NCBI GenBank assembly: GCA_016124205.1
Contig: WGOD01000004.1
Coordinates: 8,345-72,344 of the forward strand
Reading direction: 5' to 3'
Origin: Alphaproteobacteria bacterium
GTDB taxonomy: Bacteria; Pseudomonadota; Alphaproteobacteria; Caulobacterales; Maricaulaceae
Length of the DNA stretch: 64,000 nucleotides
A model generated the notes under the pieces. That model saw nothing but the letters and a program-made list of their open reading frames with translations, was not told the origin of the DNA and did not search any database. Numbering within the stretch: position 1 is the first letter of the stretch; each line of letters begins with the position of its first letter. Of the stretch, positions 1 through 10,101 are shown piece after piece. The position numbers were made by a program, and so were the translations under genes.

Positions 1-1
1 T

Positions 2-2212
2 GTGTTCCACCTGCAGCCGACCAGCTTCGCGGGCTGCCGCGCGGCCACGGCCGGCGCACTGTCGGTCGCGGACCTGTGTATCGACGACGGCTCGCTTGAT
101 GCCGATCTGCGCTATGACGGGGCGACCGAGCGTTCGATCATTTCCGATCGCGACCGGTTCAACATGTTCGCCTTCCTGAACCATGATCTGGCGAACGGCG
201 TCCGGCTCTATGGTGAATTCGGTCTGTACTATGCCGAAACCCATTCGACGAACGAGCCGCGCAACGGTATCGGCGCGACCGAGATCTCGATCCCGGCGAA
301 TTATTACTGGAACCCGTTCGGCCCGGTGAATTTCTCGAACGGCGATCCGAACCCGAACCGTCTTCCGGGCTTGACCAATGTTCCGGTCGGCGGTCTTCCG
401 GTCTTCACCGATGGCGGCCGCTACCGCTTCGTGGACGTCGGTTTCCGCGATGTCGATGTGGTGAACTCACAGTGGCGTATCCTGGGCGGTGCGCGCGGCG
501 AGTTCGGTCAGTCGGGCTGGGACTGGGACAGCGCGATCCTCTACAACCGCTCCTATGCCGAAGACACGGCGAACAACTCGGTCTCGCGGACGCTGCTCCA
601 GCAGGCACTGTCGCGTGAGACGGCGAATACCTACAACATCTTCAATGGCGGCGATCCGAACAATCCGACGATCGGCGACGCGACGCCGAACGCACGGGAG
701 TTGATCGAGCCCTTCCTGATCGACGTGGTTCGCAAGAGCACCGCGGAACTGGCCCTCGCCGACTTCCGCGTGTCGAACGGCAACTTCTATTCCATTCCTG
801 GCGGGGATATCGGCGTCGCAGCCGGCCTCGAGACCCGCTACGAAGCCTATGATGAAGATCGCGATGCGCGTCTCGACGGCACGATCACCTTCACCGACAC
901 GGTGACGGGCGAAGTCAGCCAGACGGACGTCTACGGCACCAGCCCGACCCCGGACTCCTCCGGCTCGCGCAATGTGACGTCGGGCTTCGTGGAATTCTCC
1001 GTGCCGCTGGTCAGCCCGGACATGAATATCCCGCTGATCCACACGCTCGATATGCAAATCGCGACCCGATACGAGCACTATTCCGACTTCGGCGGCAGCG
1101 GTCTCAACCCACGTATTGCGACGGCCTGGACCCCGGTCGAGGGGATCATGTTCCGCGGTGCGTATTCGGAAGGCTTCCGGGCGCCGAACCTGCTCGTGGT
1201 CAACGAGGGCGTCGATCGCTCGAACGGCCGCGAAGACAGCTATTTCTGTGAAGCGGGCGTGCGTAATGGCACCTTCGCCAACTTCGCAGCGTGTACCGGC
1301 TTCTCTGTCGGCCGGACGGAGCGCCGCTCCGTGGCCGACGATATCGGTCCGGAAGACGATGTCTCGATCACCTACGGTATCGTTCTGGAGCCGAACTGGT
1401 TCACTGGTCCGGCGAGCTTCCTGAACAATCTGACCATCACCGTCGACCGCTGGGAGATCCAGCGCCGCGGCGTGGTCGGCGTGTTCGGTGCGGAGAACCA
1501 CATCAGCCTCGACTACCTCCTGCGCATGCAGGGGTCGTCGAACCCGAACGTGGTTCGCGCCAACCCGACCCAGGACCAGATCAACTACTTCACCGCGGCG
1601 GGTCTCGATCCGGCCGGTGACATCCTCTTCATCCGCGATACCTACGACAACAACGAGGATATCGACGTCGAGGGCATCGACTATGGCGTCTACTTCAGCT
1701 TCGAATCCGACCGCTTCGGCGAATTCGACATCAGCGCCAATGCCTCCTATCTCGACACCTACTTCATCGCCCTGTCACCGGGCGCCCAGCAGATCCGGGA
1801 TGGCGTCAACAACGGCATCATCGCCAATGAGATCACGGTCTCGCAGGAAGGCGACATCATCCGTCAGGACGGTCAGCCGGAATGGAATGTCCAGACGACG
1901 CTCACTTGGCGTCATGACAGCGGCTGGGGTGCGGGTGGCCTGATCAGCCACATCAGCGACTTCATCGATACCGGTGCCGGTCTCGACCCGAACGGCGATC
2001 CGTTCATCGTCGAGGAATTCACCACAATGAATGCCTATGTCGAATACGAGTTCAATCGGGCCGGTGCGCTGAATGACCTGCGTGTCCGGGTCGGTTCGAA
2101 CAACATCTTCGATCAGGATCCGCCGCTTGCCGACGAGACCAATGGCTATGATGCCGCTTACCACAGCATCCGCGGCCGCCAGATCTACGTCGATATCCGC
2201 AAGATCTTCTGA
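2..2212 (+). CDS. TonB-dependent receptor, C-terminal beta-barrel part (5' truncated by window)
   Basis: Barrel motifs RYEHYSDFG, SEGFRAPNL, NNIFDQDPP; ends in the outer-membrane signature YVDIRKIF. Confidence 0.9.
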   Translation: MFHLQPTSFAGCRAATAGALSVADLCIDDGSLDADLRYDGATERSIISDRDRFNMFAFLNHDLANGVRLYGEFGLYYAETHSTNEPRNGIGATEISIPANYYWNPFGPVNFSNGDPNPNRLPGLTNVPVGGLPVFTDGGRYRFVDVGFRDVDVVNSQWRILGGARGEFGQSGWDWDSAILYNRSYAEDTANNSVSRTLLQQALSRETANTYNIFNGGDPNNPTIGDATPNARELIEPFLIDVVRKSTAELALADFRVSNGNFYSIPGGDIGVAAGLETRYEAYDEDRDARLDGTITFTDTVTGEVSQTDVYGTSPTPDSSGSRNVTSGFVEFSVPLVSPDMNIPLIHTLDMQIATRYEHYSDFGGSGLNPRIATAWTPVEGIMFRGAYSEGFRAPNLLVVNEGVDRSNGREDSYFCEAGVRNGTFANFAACTGFSVGRTERRSVADDIGPEDDVSITYGIVLEPNWFTGPASFLNNLTITVDRWEIQRRGVVGVFGAENHISLDYLLRMQGSSNPNVVRANPTQDQINYFTAAGLDPAGDILFIRDTYDNNEDIDVEGIDYGVYFSFESDRFGEFDISANASYLDTYFIALSPGAQQIRDGVNNGIIANEITVSQEGDIIRQDGQPEWNVQTTLTWRHDSGWGAGGLISHISDFIDTGAGLDPNGDPFIVEEFTTMNAYVEYEFNRAGALNDLRVRVGSNNIFDQDPPLADETNGYDAAYHSIRGRQIYVDIRKIF

Positions 2213-2224
2213 TCAGTGGTTCAA

Positions 2225-2250
2225 GGGACGCCGGTGAAAGCCGGCGTCCC
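2225..2250 (+). terminator. Intergenic hairpin (attenuator or mRNA stabiliser) after the TBDR
   Basis: GGGACGCCGG-TGAAAG-CCGGCGTCCC perfect 10-bp stem, no U-tract. Confidence 0.5.
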
Positions 2251-2259
2251 GATACCCTC

Positions 2260-3126
2260 ATGTTCCGCTTCATCACAGTCATTCTGGCTGCCGCGCTCCT
2301 TCCCTGGGGGACGGCATTCGCCGATGGATTGCGTACCGGCCGCTTCGTGCTCTCGGACTGGTCCGGACCGCCCATCACAATTCACTTCGTCGAACCCGAT
2401 TCCGATGCCTTGGCCGATGCGCCGGTCGTCATCGTCATGCACGGCGTCAATCGCAATGCCGACGACTACGCCGACAACTGGCGCGACCTTGTCGAAGAGC
2501 ACGGCTTCCGTGTTTATGCGCCGGAATTCTCCGACGCCGATTTCCCGGGTGCCGCGATGTACAATCTCGGCGGGATCGGGACGGACGGCCCCTATGCCTA
2601 CTCGGCGATCGAGCCGCTTTTCTCCGAGATCATGGAGCGCGGCGGATCAGCCGAGGGCTATTACCTGTTCAGCCATTCGGCGGGAGCGCAATTCGTGCAT
2701 CGCGCCGTCCTGTTCGAAGATCTGCCGCGTCTGATCATGGCCTTCTCCGCCAATGCCGGCTGGTACACGCTTCCCGATGCCGAGACCGACTGGCCGTACG
2801 GGCTAAACGGCGCCTCCGTCGATGACGCGGCGGTCGGCCGATGGCTCGGGCAGCCACTCGTCGTCCTTCTGGGCGACCAGGACACCGACCGGCGTGATCC
2901 GAATCTCCGGCGCACCACCGAAGCCATGGCACAGGGCGAACACCGCTATGCACGGGGAGCCTTCTTCATGCGAACGGCGCGGGACCGGGCGGTCGAACTC
3001 GGCGTGCCCTTTGCCTGGACCGCCTATAACGTGCCGGGCGTCGCGCATGACAATGCTGGCATGGCGCAGGCGGCGGCCTTGCTGATCGCGCTCGATGCGG
3101 AAGCGGCCAATGGCGGCGAAGACTAA
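2260..3126 (+). CDS. Secreted alpha/beta hydrolase, poly(aspartic acid) hydrolase PahZ1/LpqC-like
   Basis: Signal peptide; MHGVNRNA oxyanion region; nucleophile elbow SHSAGAQFVHR; ANAGWYTLP; LLGDQD; C-terminal GVAHDN. Confidence 0.7.
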   Translation: MFRFITVILAAALLPWGTAFADGLRTGRFVLSDWSGPPITIHFVEPDSDALADAPVVIVMHGVNRNADDYADNWRDLVEEHGFRVYAPEFSDADFPGAAMYNLGGIGTDGPYAYSAIEPLFSEIMERGGSAEGYYLFSHSAGAQFVHRAVLFEDLPRLIMAFSANAGWYTLPDAETDWPYGLNGASVDDAAVGRWLGQPLVVLLGDQDTDRRDPNLRRTTEAMAQGEHRYARGAFFMRTARDRAVELGVPFAWTAYNVPGVAHDNAGMAQAAALLIALDAEAANGGED

Positions 3127-3185
3127 CCTTCCGGCCTGCCTTCACGGGCTTTCATGAACCGACAGACACAGAACTGGCGAACGCA

Positions 3186-4646
3186 ATGACCGCACGAGAG
3201 GAAACCGGACCCGCGCTCTATCAGCGGATTGGCCTCTTTCTTGGACCGGTGGCCGCCCTCATCATCGGTTTCGGATTTGCGCCGGAAGGCTTGCCGCGCG
3301 AGGCCATCATTGTGGCCGCCATCGGCGTGTGGATGGCGATCTGGTGGGCGACGGAAGCGATTCCCGTTGCCGTCACGGCCTTTCTGCCGCTGGTCGCTCT
3401 TCCCTTGCTCGATGTCGTATCGACACGCGACATCGCGGCGCCTTACGCCCACCCGATCGTCTGGCTCTTCTTCGGGGGATTCGTCGTCGCACTGGCGATC
3501 GAGCGATGCGGCCTGCATCGCCGTATCGCGCTCGGCGTCTTTGCCATGGCCGGTGCCGACGCACGCGCGCTGGTCGCCGGCTTCATGTTGGCGGCGGCCT
3601 TCGTCAGCATGTGGATTTCCAACACATCGACGACGCTGATGCTGCTGCCGATCGCGATGTCGGTGGTGACCGTGATCCGCGAAACCATGCCGACGCTGGC
3701 ACCGCGCCAACATGCCAATTTCGGCGTCTCACTTCTGCTCGGCCTTGCCTATGGCGCGACGCTGGGCGGGCTGGCGACCCTCGTCGGTACGCCGCCCAAT
3801 GCCTTCATGGCCGGGTTCATGTCGGACAATTATGGTGTCGAGATCGATTTCGCGCGCTGGATGCTGGTCGGCCTGCCGGTCTCGCTCGTTCTTCTGCCGA
3901 TCGCGTGGCTCGTGCTGACCCGCTTCGTCTTTCCGATCAACTTCAAGGCTTCCGACGAGGCGATGAGCCATATCCACTCGATGCGGGCCGGCCTCGGCCG
4001 AATGAGCAAGGCGGAATTCCGCACGACGCTTCTCTTCGCCTTCCTCGTATTCGGCTGGCTCTCGCGCGGCTGGCTGGAATCGCGGCTGCCGTTCGGCGAG
4101 ATCACCGATACCGGAGTTGCCATGGCCGCCGCGGTTGCGGCTTTCCTGATTCCGTCGGGCAAGAAAGGGCAGGCGTTGATGACCTGGGACGCCGTCACCA
4201 AACTGCCCTGGGGCGTGCTCGTCCTGTTCGGTGGCGGTCTGGCTCTGGCGGCGGCCGTTTCCTCGTCCGGCCTGGCGCTCTGGCTCGGGCAGCAGCTGGT
4301 CGCGGTCGGTGCCGTCAACGCCATCCTGCTCATCGTGGTGGCGACGGCCCTCGTGATCTTCATCACCGAACTGACCAGCAACCTGGCCACGACGGCGACC
4401 TTCCTGCCGGTGATCGCCGCGATCGGGGTGGAGACCGGGCAGGACCCGCTGGTCTACGTGATTCCGGTGACGCTGGCGGCGAGCTGCGCCTTCATGCTGC
4501 CGGTGGCGACGCCGCCGAATGCCGTCGTGTTCAGCTCCGGGCTCGTCGCGATCCCCGACATGGTGCGCGCCGGTCTGGCGCTCAACATCATCGCGGTTGT
4601 CGTGCTCAGCGTGATTGCCCTGTTCGTCGCCCCGCTCGTTTTCTGA
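3186..4646 (+). CDS. DASS/SLC13 family Na+-coupled dicarboxylate/anion symporter
   Basis: SMWISNTSTT, TLVGTPPNA, ITELTSNLAT, FMLPVATPPNA motifs; highly hydrophobic. Confidence 0.92.
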   Translation: MTAREETGPALYQRIGLFLGPVAALIIGFGFAPEGLPREAIIVAAIGVWMAIWWATEAIPVAVTAFLPLVALPLLDVVSTRDIAAPYAHPIVWLFFGGFVVALAIERCGLHRRIALGVFAMAGADARALVAGFMLAAAFVSMWISNTSTTLMLLPIAMSVVTVIRETMPTLAPRQHANFGVSLLLGLAYGATLGGLATLVGTPPNAFMAGFMSDNYGVEIDFARWMLVGLPVSLVLLPIAWLVLTRFVFPINFKASDEAMSHIHSMRAGLGRMSKAEFRTTLLFAFLVFGWLSRGWLESRLPFGEITDTGVAMAAAVAAFLIPSGKKGQALMTWDAVTKLPWGVLVLFGGGLALAAAVSSSGLALWLGQQLVAVGAVNAILLIVVATALVIFITELTSNLATTATFLPVIAAIGVETGQDPLVYVIPVTLAASCAFMLPVATPPNAVVFSSGLVAIPDMVRAGLALNIIAVVVLSVIALFVAPLVF

Positions 4647-4777
4647 AGGCTCACCGAAGACAACATTCGTGCGAGAATGCTGCGCCTTCTTAGAGTGCGG
4701 AGCGTGCAGCATTTTCGGTCACCGAAACGGGCGGCGTTGCAAGGAATCCTCAGTCTTCGATCCCTGAACTGAATGTC

Positions 4778-4813
4778 ACTTGCATTGAAGAACCTACTTG
4801 CATAAGAATACTC
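4778..4813 (+). promoter_or_regulatory. Two tandem copies of the island 18-bp operator-like motif
   Basis: ACTTGCATTGAAGAACCT (4778-4795) and ACTTGCATAAGAATACTC (4796-4813), upstream of the TBDR start at 4884. Confidence 0.65.
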
Positions 4814-4883
4814 GTTAAGGCGCAGCCCATATCAGATCGGGCCCATCGGGACCCGGCATCGCGCCGTAACGGGGAGAGACACT

Positions 4884-7193
4884 GTGAAAAAGCTTATGCA
4901 AGGGACCGCGCTTGCGCTCGTTATGTGCGCGGCGGGCAATTCAGGCGCGTTCGCGCAAGAGGATGATCCGGCTGCTCAGAGCCAGGGTGGCCTCGACGTC
5001 ATCACCATCACGTCGCAACGCCGCGAGACCACGGTTCAGGATGCCGGTCTCGCCGTGACGGCGATCAGCGGCGAAAACCTCGAGAACGATCGCATCATGT
5101 CGTTCGAGGATCTCGCCGACAGTGTGACCTCCCTGTCGTTCACGGCGCTGTCGCCGCTCGACCAGGAATTCAACATTCGCGGCATCACCAATACGCGTCT
5201 CGACTCGCCCTCGGCTGACCAGTCGGTCGGCATCTTTGTCGATGATGTCTATGTCGGCCGGTCCGGCCTCTTCAACTTCGACATGTACGATATCGAACGT
5301 GTTGAAGTGGTACGCGGTCCGCAAGGCGTGCTGCTCGGCCGGAACGTTGTCGGCGGCGCGATCAGCATCTACACGGCTGCCCCCTCCTTCGACCAGGGCG
5401 GGTCGATGGCGATCTCGATCGGCAATTACGACGAGGTTGTTGCCCGGGGTCATATCACCGGCCAGCTTGGCAATTCTGATTTCGCCGGCCGTCTGTCCTT
5501 CCAGACGCATCACCGCGGCGGGTACAATCACGATATTCTGCACGACCGCGAACTCGACGATCTCCGTTCAATTCAGGCGCGTGCCCAACTGCTCTATGCG
5601 CCGGAGGACTCCAATCTTTCTGCCCGCTTCGTGCTCGATTACACGGACGATGAGTCGAACGGCTTCCACTCGGTTGCGATCAACGGTCCCGATCCGGCCA
5701 CGCAAGGTCCGTGGAGCGCGGCGCGCGATGCGATCGGTGTCATTCGCGGGCGTCCGCTCGATATTCGGGAAAGCCTGCCGGAACATCCGCTCTATGCTGG
5801 CGATACCGCAGAAACCCCGCAGGGCCTTCAGCGTGAAGCCTGGGGCGCAATGCTGCGGATCGACTACGATTACGACTTCGCCACGCTGACGGCGATCACT
5901 GGCTACCGTCAGGGTCAGGCCTTCAACCTCTACGACCAGACCGGCATGGGTCCGAACAACGGCTATGGCGTGATCTCGCCGACGCTGTTCCGCTTCCCGG
6001 TCAACGAGATGGAAGACATCACCCAGTTCAGCCAGGAAATCCGGCTGGTCTCGACGGGAGATGGTCCGCTCGACTGGATCGTCGGTGGCTACTACCAGAG
6101 TGACGACGTCTCCAAGTTTGACCGCTTCTGGGCGGAAGTGCCGCTCCCGGTGCTGCGTACGCTCTCGGGTGAATCGCACTGGGACAACAATGCGGAAACG
6201 ACGTCTTATGCGCTGTTCGCGCAGGCCGGTTACCAGTTCAATGAGATCTTCCGGCTGATCGGCGGTATCCGCTACACCAGCGACGACAAGAGCGGTGTGG
6301 TGACTGGTATCGCCGTCGAGGGCGGCGACCAGTTCAACCCGACCGACCTCGTTGCGCTGACGCCGCTGGCTGCGACCTATCTTGAAGGCGACAGCTTTAC
6401 CACGGCCTATGGCCGCGACTGGAGCGAGGTCACCCCGCAGGTTACGCTGGAAATCACCCCGCGCGACAACCTGTTGTTCTACGCGACATGGTCGCGTGGC
6501 TACAAAGGCGGTGGCTTCGAGGACGACCCGGCCAATCCGGCCGCAGCCCAGGCCGGCTACGACCCGGAAACGGTCACCAATATCGAGATCGGTGCGAAGA
6601 TCGACTTCTTCGACAACCGGGCGCGCCTGAACGTGGCGGCCTTCTCGATGGACTATCAGGATCTGCAGGTGACGCAGACCGATGATGGCTGCCTTTGTAA
6701 CATCACCGACAACGCCGCCGACGCCGAGATCCGCGGTATCGAGGCCGAGTTCCAGTTCGCACCGACCGACCGCATTTTCGTGTGGGCCGGCGCGACCTTC
6801 CTCGACACCGAGTATATCGACTTCATCGACTCCACCGGTCTCGATGCCTCGGGCAACCAGCTGCAGCGGACGCCGGAGATGCAGTACAATATCGGCGGCG
6901 AGCTGACGCTCGATGCCTTCGGCTGGGCCAATGCGCTGGCGATCCGCGCGAACTACACCTACCAGGGCGAAATGTACTGGGCGCCTGACAACGCCCAGAC
7001 CGAGGACGGCTACGGCCTTCTCTCCGGCCGCGTCTCGTTGACGCCACCGAACGCGCCCTGGAGCATTTCGGTGTGGGGCCGCAATCTGACCGACGAGGTC
7101 TACCGGACGAACATCATCGCCTTCTTCGGCGACGAAGTGTCCCGTCTCGGTGCGCCGCGGACGTTCGGGGTCGAACTCGCGACCGACTTCTGA
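4884..7193 (+). CDS. TonB-dependent receptor
   Basis: GTG start with GGGGAG RBS; signal peptide; TonB-box-like DVITITSQRR; plug motif ERVEVVRGPQGVLLGRN; terminal Phe. Confidence 0.95.
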   Translation: MKKLMQGTALALVMCAAGNSGAFAQEDDPAAQSQGGLDVITITSQRRETTVQDAGLAVTAISGENLENDRIMSFEDLADSVTSLSFTALSPLDQEFNIRGITNTRLDSPSADQSVGIFVDDVYVGRSGLFNFDMYDIERVEVVRGPQGVLLGRNVVGGAISIYTAAPSFDQGGSMAISIGNYDEVVARGHITGQLGNSDFAGRLSFQTHHRGGYNHDILHDRELDDLRSIQARAQLLYAPEDSNLSARFVLDYTDDESNGFHSVAINGPDPATQGPWSAARDAIGVIRGRPLDIRESLPEHPLYAGDTAETPQGLQREAWGAMLRIDYDYDFATLTAITGYRQGQAFNLYDQTGMGPNNGYGVISPTLFRFPVNEMEDITQFSQEIRLVSTGDGPLDWIVGGYYQSDDVSKFDRFWAEVPLPVLRTLSGESHWDNNAETTSYALFAQAGYQFNEIFRLIGGIRYTSDDKSGVVTGIAVEGGDQFNPTDLVALTPLAATYLEGDSFTTAYGRDWSEVTPQVTLEITPRDNLLFYATWSRGYKGGGFEDDPANPAAAQAGYDPETVTNIEIGAKIDFFDNRARLNVAAFSMDYQDLQVTQTDDGCLCNITDNAADAEIRGIEAEFQFAPTDRIFVWAGATFLDTEYIDFIDSTGLDASGNQLQRTPEMQYNIGGELTLDAFGWANALAIRANYTYQGEMYWAPDNAQTEDGYGLLSGRVSLTPPNAPWSISVWGRNLTDEVYRTNIIAFFGDEVSRLGAPRTFGVELATDF

Positions 7194-7201
7194 TCATGCG
7201 A

Positions 7202-7281
7202 AAGGGCCGCGGCGGGTTCCGCGGCCCCTTCAACCCTCCTGGTACTGGCCGGCCCGCCCATGGCGCGCCGGCCGATTTTTT
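7202..7281. terminator. Two hairpins between convergent genes (probable terminators)
   Basis: AAGGGCCGCGG...CCGCGGCCCCTT (7202-7230) and GGCCGGC...GCCGGCC followed by TTTTTT (7247-7281). Confidence 0.6.
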
Positions 7282-7282
7282 G

Positions 7283-8023
7283 TCAGCTGCCGAGGCGCGC
7301 TGCCATCGATGCCTTGAGCCCGCCGGGATCGCGCGCCAGGGCCGCGCGCACGGCGATCGCATGGGGATCGGTGTCGTGCTCATCGACCTTGTTCGCCATC
7401 GCCCACAGTCCGGTCTTGCCGATGTCGCGCGGCTGAGATTTGCGGATATGCGTCACATGCGCGGCCATGCGTGTGTCCACCGAGCCGACGATCAGTGCCG
7501 TGACGTGAATGCCGAGCGGAGCGAGTTCGGCGCGCAGGCAGTCCGAAGCGGCGCGCGCAGCGAATTTCGACGGGCTGTAGCCGCCCATGTCCGGCACGCC
7601 GACAATTCCGCCCGCGGACAGGACATTGATCACGCCGCCCCCGCCATTCTTCTCCATGATCGGGCCAAAGGCGCGGACCATGTTGAGGACGCCGAAGAAA
7701 TTGACCTCCATCTCGCGGCGGCAGGCGTCGGGGTCGTCGGTCTTGTAGAGGCGCTGCATCTCGAACGCGCCGGCATTGTTCACGACGAGCGTCACGTCGT
7801 CCGCCAGCGCAGCGGCGGCGTTGACCGTGTCCGGCTTCGTCACATCCAGTTCAACGCCGACCAACCGGTCCGGATCGCGCGTGGCGATCTCGTCTGCGTC
7901 AGATTTGTTGCGCGCGCCGACATAGACCCGGCGAGCGCCCTGATCGAGCAATTCCTCGACGAAGCCGAGGCCGATGCCCCGATTGCCGCCCGTAACGATG
8001 GCGGTACACCCTTCGATCTTCAT
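7283..8023 (-). CDS. Short-chain dehydrogenase/reductase
   Basis: True start MKIEGCTAIVTGGNRGIG at 8023 (ATGA overlap with upstream gene); NNAG; YSPSK catalytic motif. Confidence 0.9.
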   Translation of the reverse strand: MKIEGCTAIVTGGNRGIGLGFVEELLDQGARRVYVGARNKSDADEIATRDPDRLVGVELDVTKPDTVNAAAALADDVTLVVNNAGAFEMQRLYKTDDPDACRREMEVNFFGVLNMVRAFGPIMEKNGGGGVINVLSAGGIVGVPDMGGYSPSKFAARAASDCLRAELAPLGIHVTALIVGSVDTRMAAHVTHIRKSQPRDIGKTGLWAMANKVDEHDTDPHAIAVRAALARDPGGLKASMAARLGS

Positions 8024-8568
8024 GACCGTTCCCAGCCTCCCGTGTAGATGATGTCGTGCGGCTTCTTGGCGCCGCGAACCAGCTTCGACGGGTCGGGCGC
8101 GATGCCGCCCCGTCCCCAGGTTTCGCGCAACGGCATTTCGTGGTTCCACTCCCACGCTAGGCGACGTTGCGCGATGCCCCATCGACCGTCCCGCCGCTCG
8201 AAGCGATCGACGACGCGCGCCATGGTCAGGCTGTCGAAGGCGTCGCCATCCTCCGGTTCGCGGCGCGAGAAGGTGAGGATGTAGCTCTCGACCCGGGCCA
8301 CATCGCCATCGAGCTCGATCAGGATGTTGGTCGTCGCATGGGTCATGCGCGGCGCATTCGGCAACACCTTTCGCAACATGGCGACATAGTCCGAGGCCGG
8401 GCCCAGGAAGGTGCCGCCATGGTCCTCGGTCGCATCGTCGTGATAGGCGGCGGCAATGAGGTCGGCATCGCCCCGATCCGCCCCACGGCAATAACGTACG
8501 AGAATTTCCGTGATCGCCTGCTTGTCGATCACGGCCTGAAGGGCTGCGGTATCGAGCGTGTCGGCCAT
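8020..8568 (-). CDS. NTF2/SnoaL_4-like protein (LinA/BaiE-like)
   Basis: IDKQAITEILVRYCRGADRGD, YHDDATEDHG, THATTN, DRFERRDGRWGIAQR. Confidence 0.85.
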   Translation of the reverse strand: MADTLDTAALQAVIDKQAITEILVRYCRGADRGDADLIAAAYHDDATEDHGGTFLGPASDYVAMLRKVLPNAPRMTHATTNILIELDGDVARVESYILTFSRREPEDGDAFDSLTMARVVDRFERRDGRWGIAQRRLAWEWNHEMPLRETWGRGGIAPDPSKLVRGAKKPHDIIYTGGWERS

Positions 8569-8591
8569 GTCGGCCTCCTTGTTGTCGTTGT

Positions 8592-9035
8592 TCAGGACGC
8601 GCTGAGCACGGGTTTGCGGTCGAGCAGGGGCAGGGCGTAGTCGGGCAGCGCCTCACCTGTCGCGCCGCGGTCGGCGACGCCGCGATCGAAATAGTCGCGC
8701 CAGGCGGAAATCCTTTCGCCCTCGAACTCAAGGATGCCCATATAGGGGACCGAGACATGGTGCCCGTCGGCTGTGTCGAACGAGTCCACGCCTTCCACGA
8801 ACAGGGCGTTGCCGGCTTCCGCCATCCGGAAGATGCGCCAGTTCGGATTGCGGACCTTGGCCTTGTAAGCGGTCAGGAATTCGCGTGCGCCGGCATGGCC
8901 GACTTTCGGCGGCTGCGTGATGGCGGAGTAGTGCCAGACCACGTCTTCGGTCAGATGCTCCAGCACGGCGTCGATATCCTGATCCTTGCACCAGACGTCG
9001 ATCACGGATTGCAGGATTTCGGCTTTGCTTTTCAT
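8592..9035 (-). CDS. Limonene-1,2-epoxide hydrolase-like / SnoaL family protein
   Basis: Start MKSKAEIL at 9035; FVEGVD; ISAWRDYFD. Confidence 0.8.
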   Translation of the reverse strand: MKSKAEILQSVIDVWCKDQDIDAVLEHLTEDVVWHYSAITQPPKVGHAGAREFLTAYKAKVRNPNWRIFRMAEAGNALFVEGVDSFDTADGHHVSVPYMGILEFEGERISAWRDYFDRGVADRGATGEALPDYALPLLDRKPVLSAS

Positions 9036-9048
9036 GACGGCCTCCGGG

Positions 9049-10101
9049 TCAGGCGCTGGCGCGCCAATGGGTGAAAGTGGGTGTCGAGGCGACACCGGGC
9101 GCGGCGGCCACAACATGCGGAATGGTGTTCAGCACGGCTCCGGCGACGCCCTGCATTTCCGGCGAGGCGCGCTCGCCGGACTGTTCGGTATCGACCAGGC
9201 CGAAGGTCATTTCCACGCCGGGGCGGCCTGCGATCTTCAGCGACCAGAGCCCGGCCTCGGTCTCCTCCGGAGCGGGAGGCTCCATCGTCCAGGACACGCC
9301 GAGATCGACGCGCGTCTCCCCGCTGGTTTCGCCGATCCAGCGCCAATCAACCCGGGCGGTTCCACCGGGCTCGATGCGGCCGGCGCGGATATCAAGCGCG
9401 TCCTTCGCCGGACGCAGCGCGTGTGCCGTTCGGATCGTATCGAATGTCCAGCCGAGCCGGTCGCCGATATTCGCGACGACTTCGGCAAACAGGGCGTTCA
9501 TGGTCTGCGCCGGCAGGAAGTCGGGGGCGTTCGGATCGATCTTCCCGGCGGGCGTGCCGAAGCCGATCACGTCGAATACGTATTCGGGACTTTTCACTTC
9601 GCGGCAATCGACCAGTTCGTGGATCGTGATCCGGTCGACGCGCGTGCATACGCTGGTGGCCAGTACGGCCAACCGCTCGGCGCAAAATCCGGGATTGAGG
9701 CCGGCCCCCATGAAGGTCGTGCCGCCCTCGCGACCGGCGGCCTCGAAGGCAGCACGGCGGGCGTCGGGCCAGTGCGGCGGGTGGGTACCACCATTGATCG
9801 AGATGACATTCTTCCCCGATCGAAGCAGCCGGCAGATGTCCGCATCATGCCGCTCGAAAGGCGGATCGAGACGTGCCGCGTGGATGACCACGTCGGCGTC
9901 CAGCGCGAGGATTTCGTCGATGTCGCGGGTTGCCGTCACACCCACCGGATCGCGGCGCGCAATCTCGCCGGCATCACGGCCGGCCTTGCGGTCGCCATAG
10001 ACGTAGAGCCCGGCCAATTCCATGTCCGGATGGTCGATGACCGCCTGAAGGCAGGTGCGGCCCATGGCGCCCGTGGCCCATTGGATAACGCGGTAGGTCA
10101 T
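9049..10101 (-). CDS. Dihydrodipicolinate-reductase-like / NAD(P)H-dependent amine dehydrogenase family oxidoreductase
   Basis: YRVIQWATGAMG Rossmann start; KAGRDAGE; GAGLNPGF; NTIPHVVAAAPG. Confidence 0.8.
   Translation of the reverse strand: MTYRVIQWATGAMGRTCLQAVIDHPDMELAGLYVYGDRKAGRDAGEIARRDPVGVTATRDIDEILALDADVVIHAARLDPPFERHDADICRLLRSGKNVISINGGTHPPHWPDARRAAFEAAGREGGTTFMGAGLNPGFCAERLAVLATSVCTRVDRITIHELVDCREVKSPEYVFDVIGFGTPAGKIDPNAPDFLPAQTMNALFAEVVANIGDRLGWTFDTIRTAHALRPAKDALDIRAGRIEPGGTARVDWRWIGETSGETRVDLGVSWTMEPPAPEETEAGLWSLKIAGRPGVEMTFGLVDTEQSGERASPEMQGVAGAVLNTIPHVVAAAPGVASTPTFTHWRASA

Noticed and set aside
7283-8758. ORF-track 491-aa protein suggesting a fusion ahead of the SDR; similar N-terminal extensions at 14646, 18675, 28111, 30784, 38485, 47008 and 47919
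   Set aside because: The extensions overlap neighbouring real genes or promoters; internal starts with an RBS or ATGA/TGATG coupling fit better
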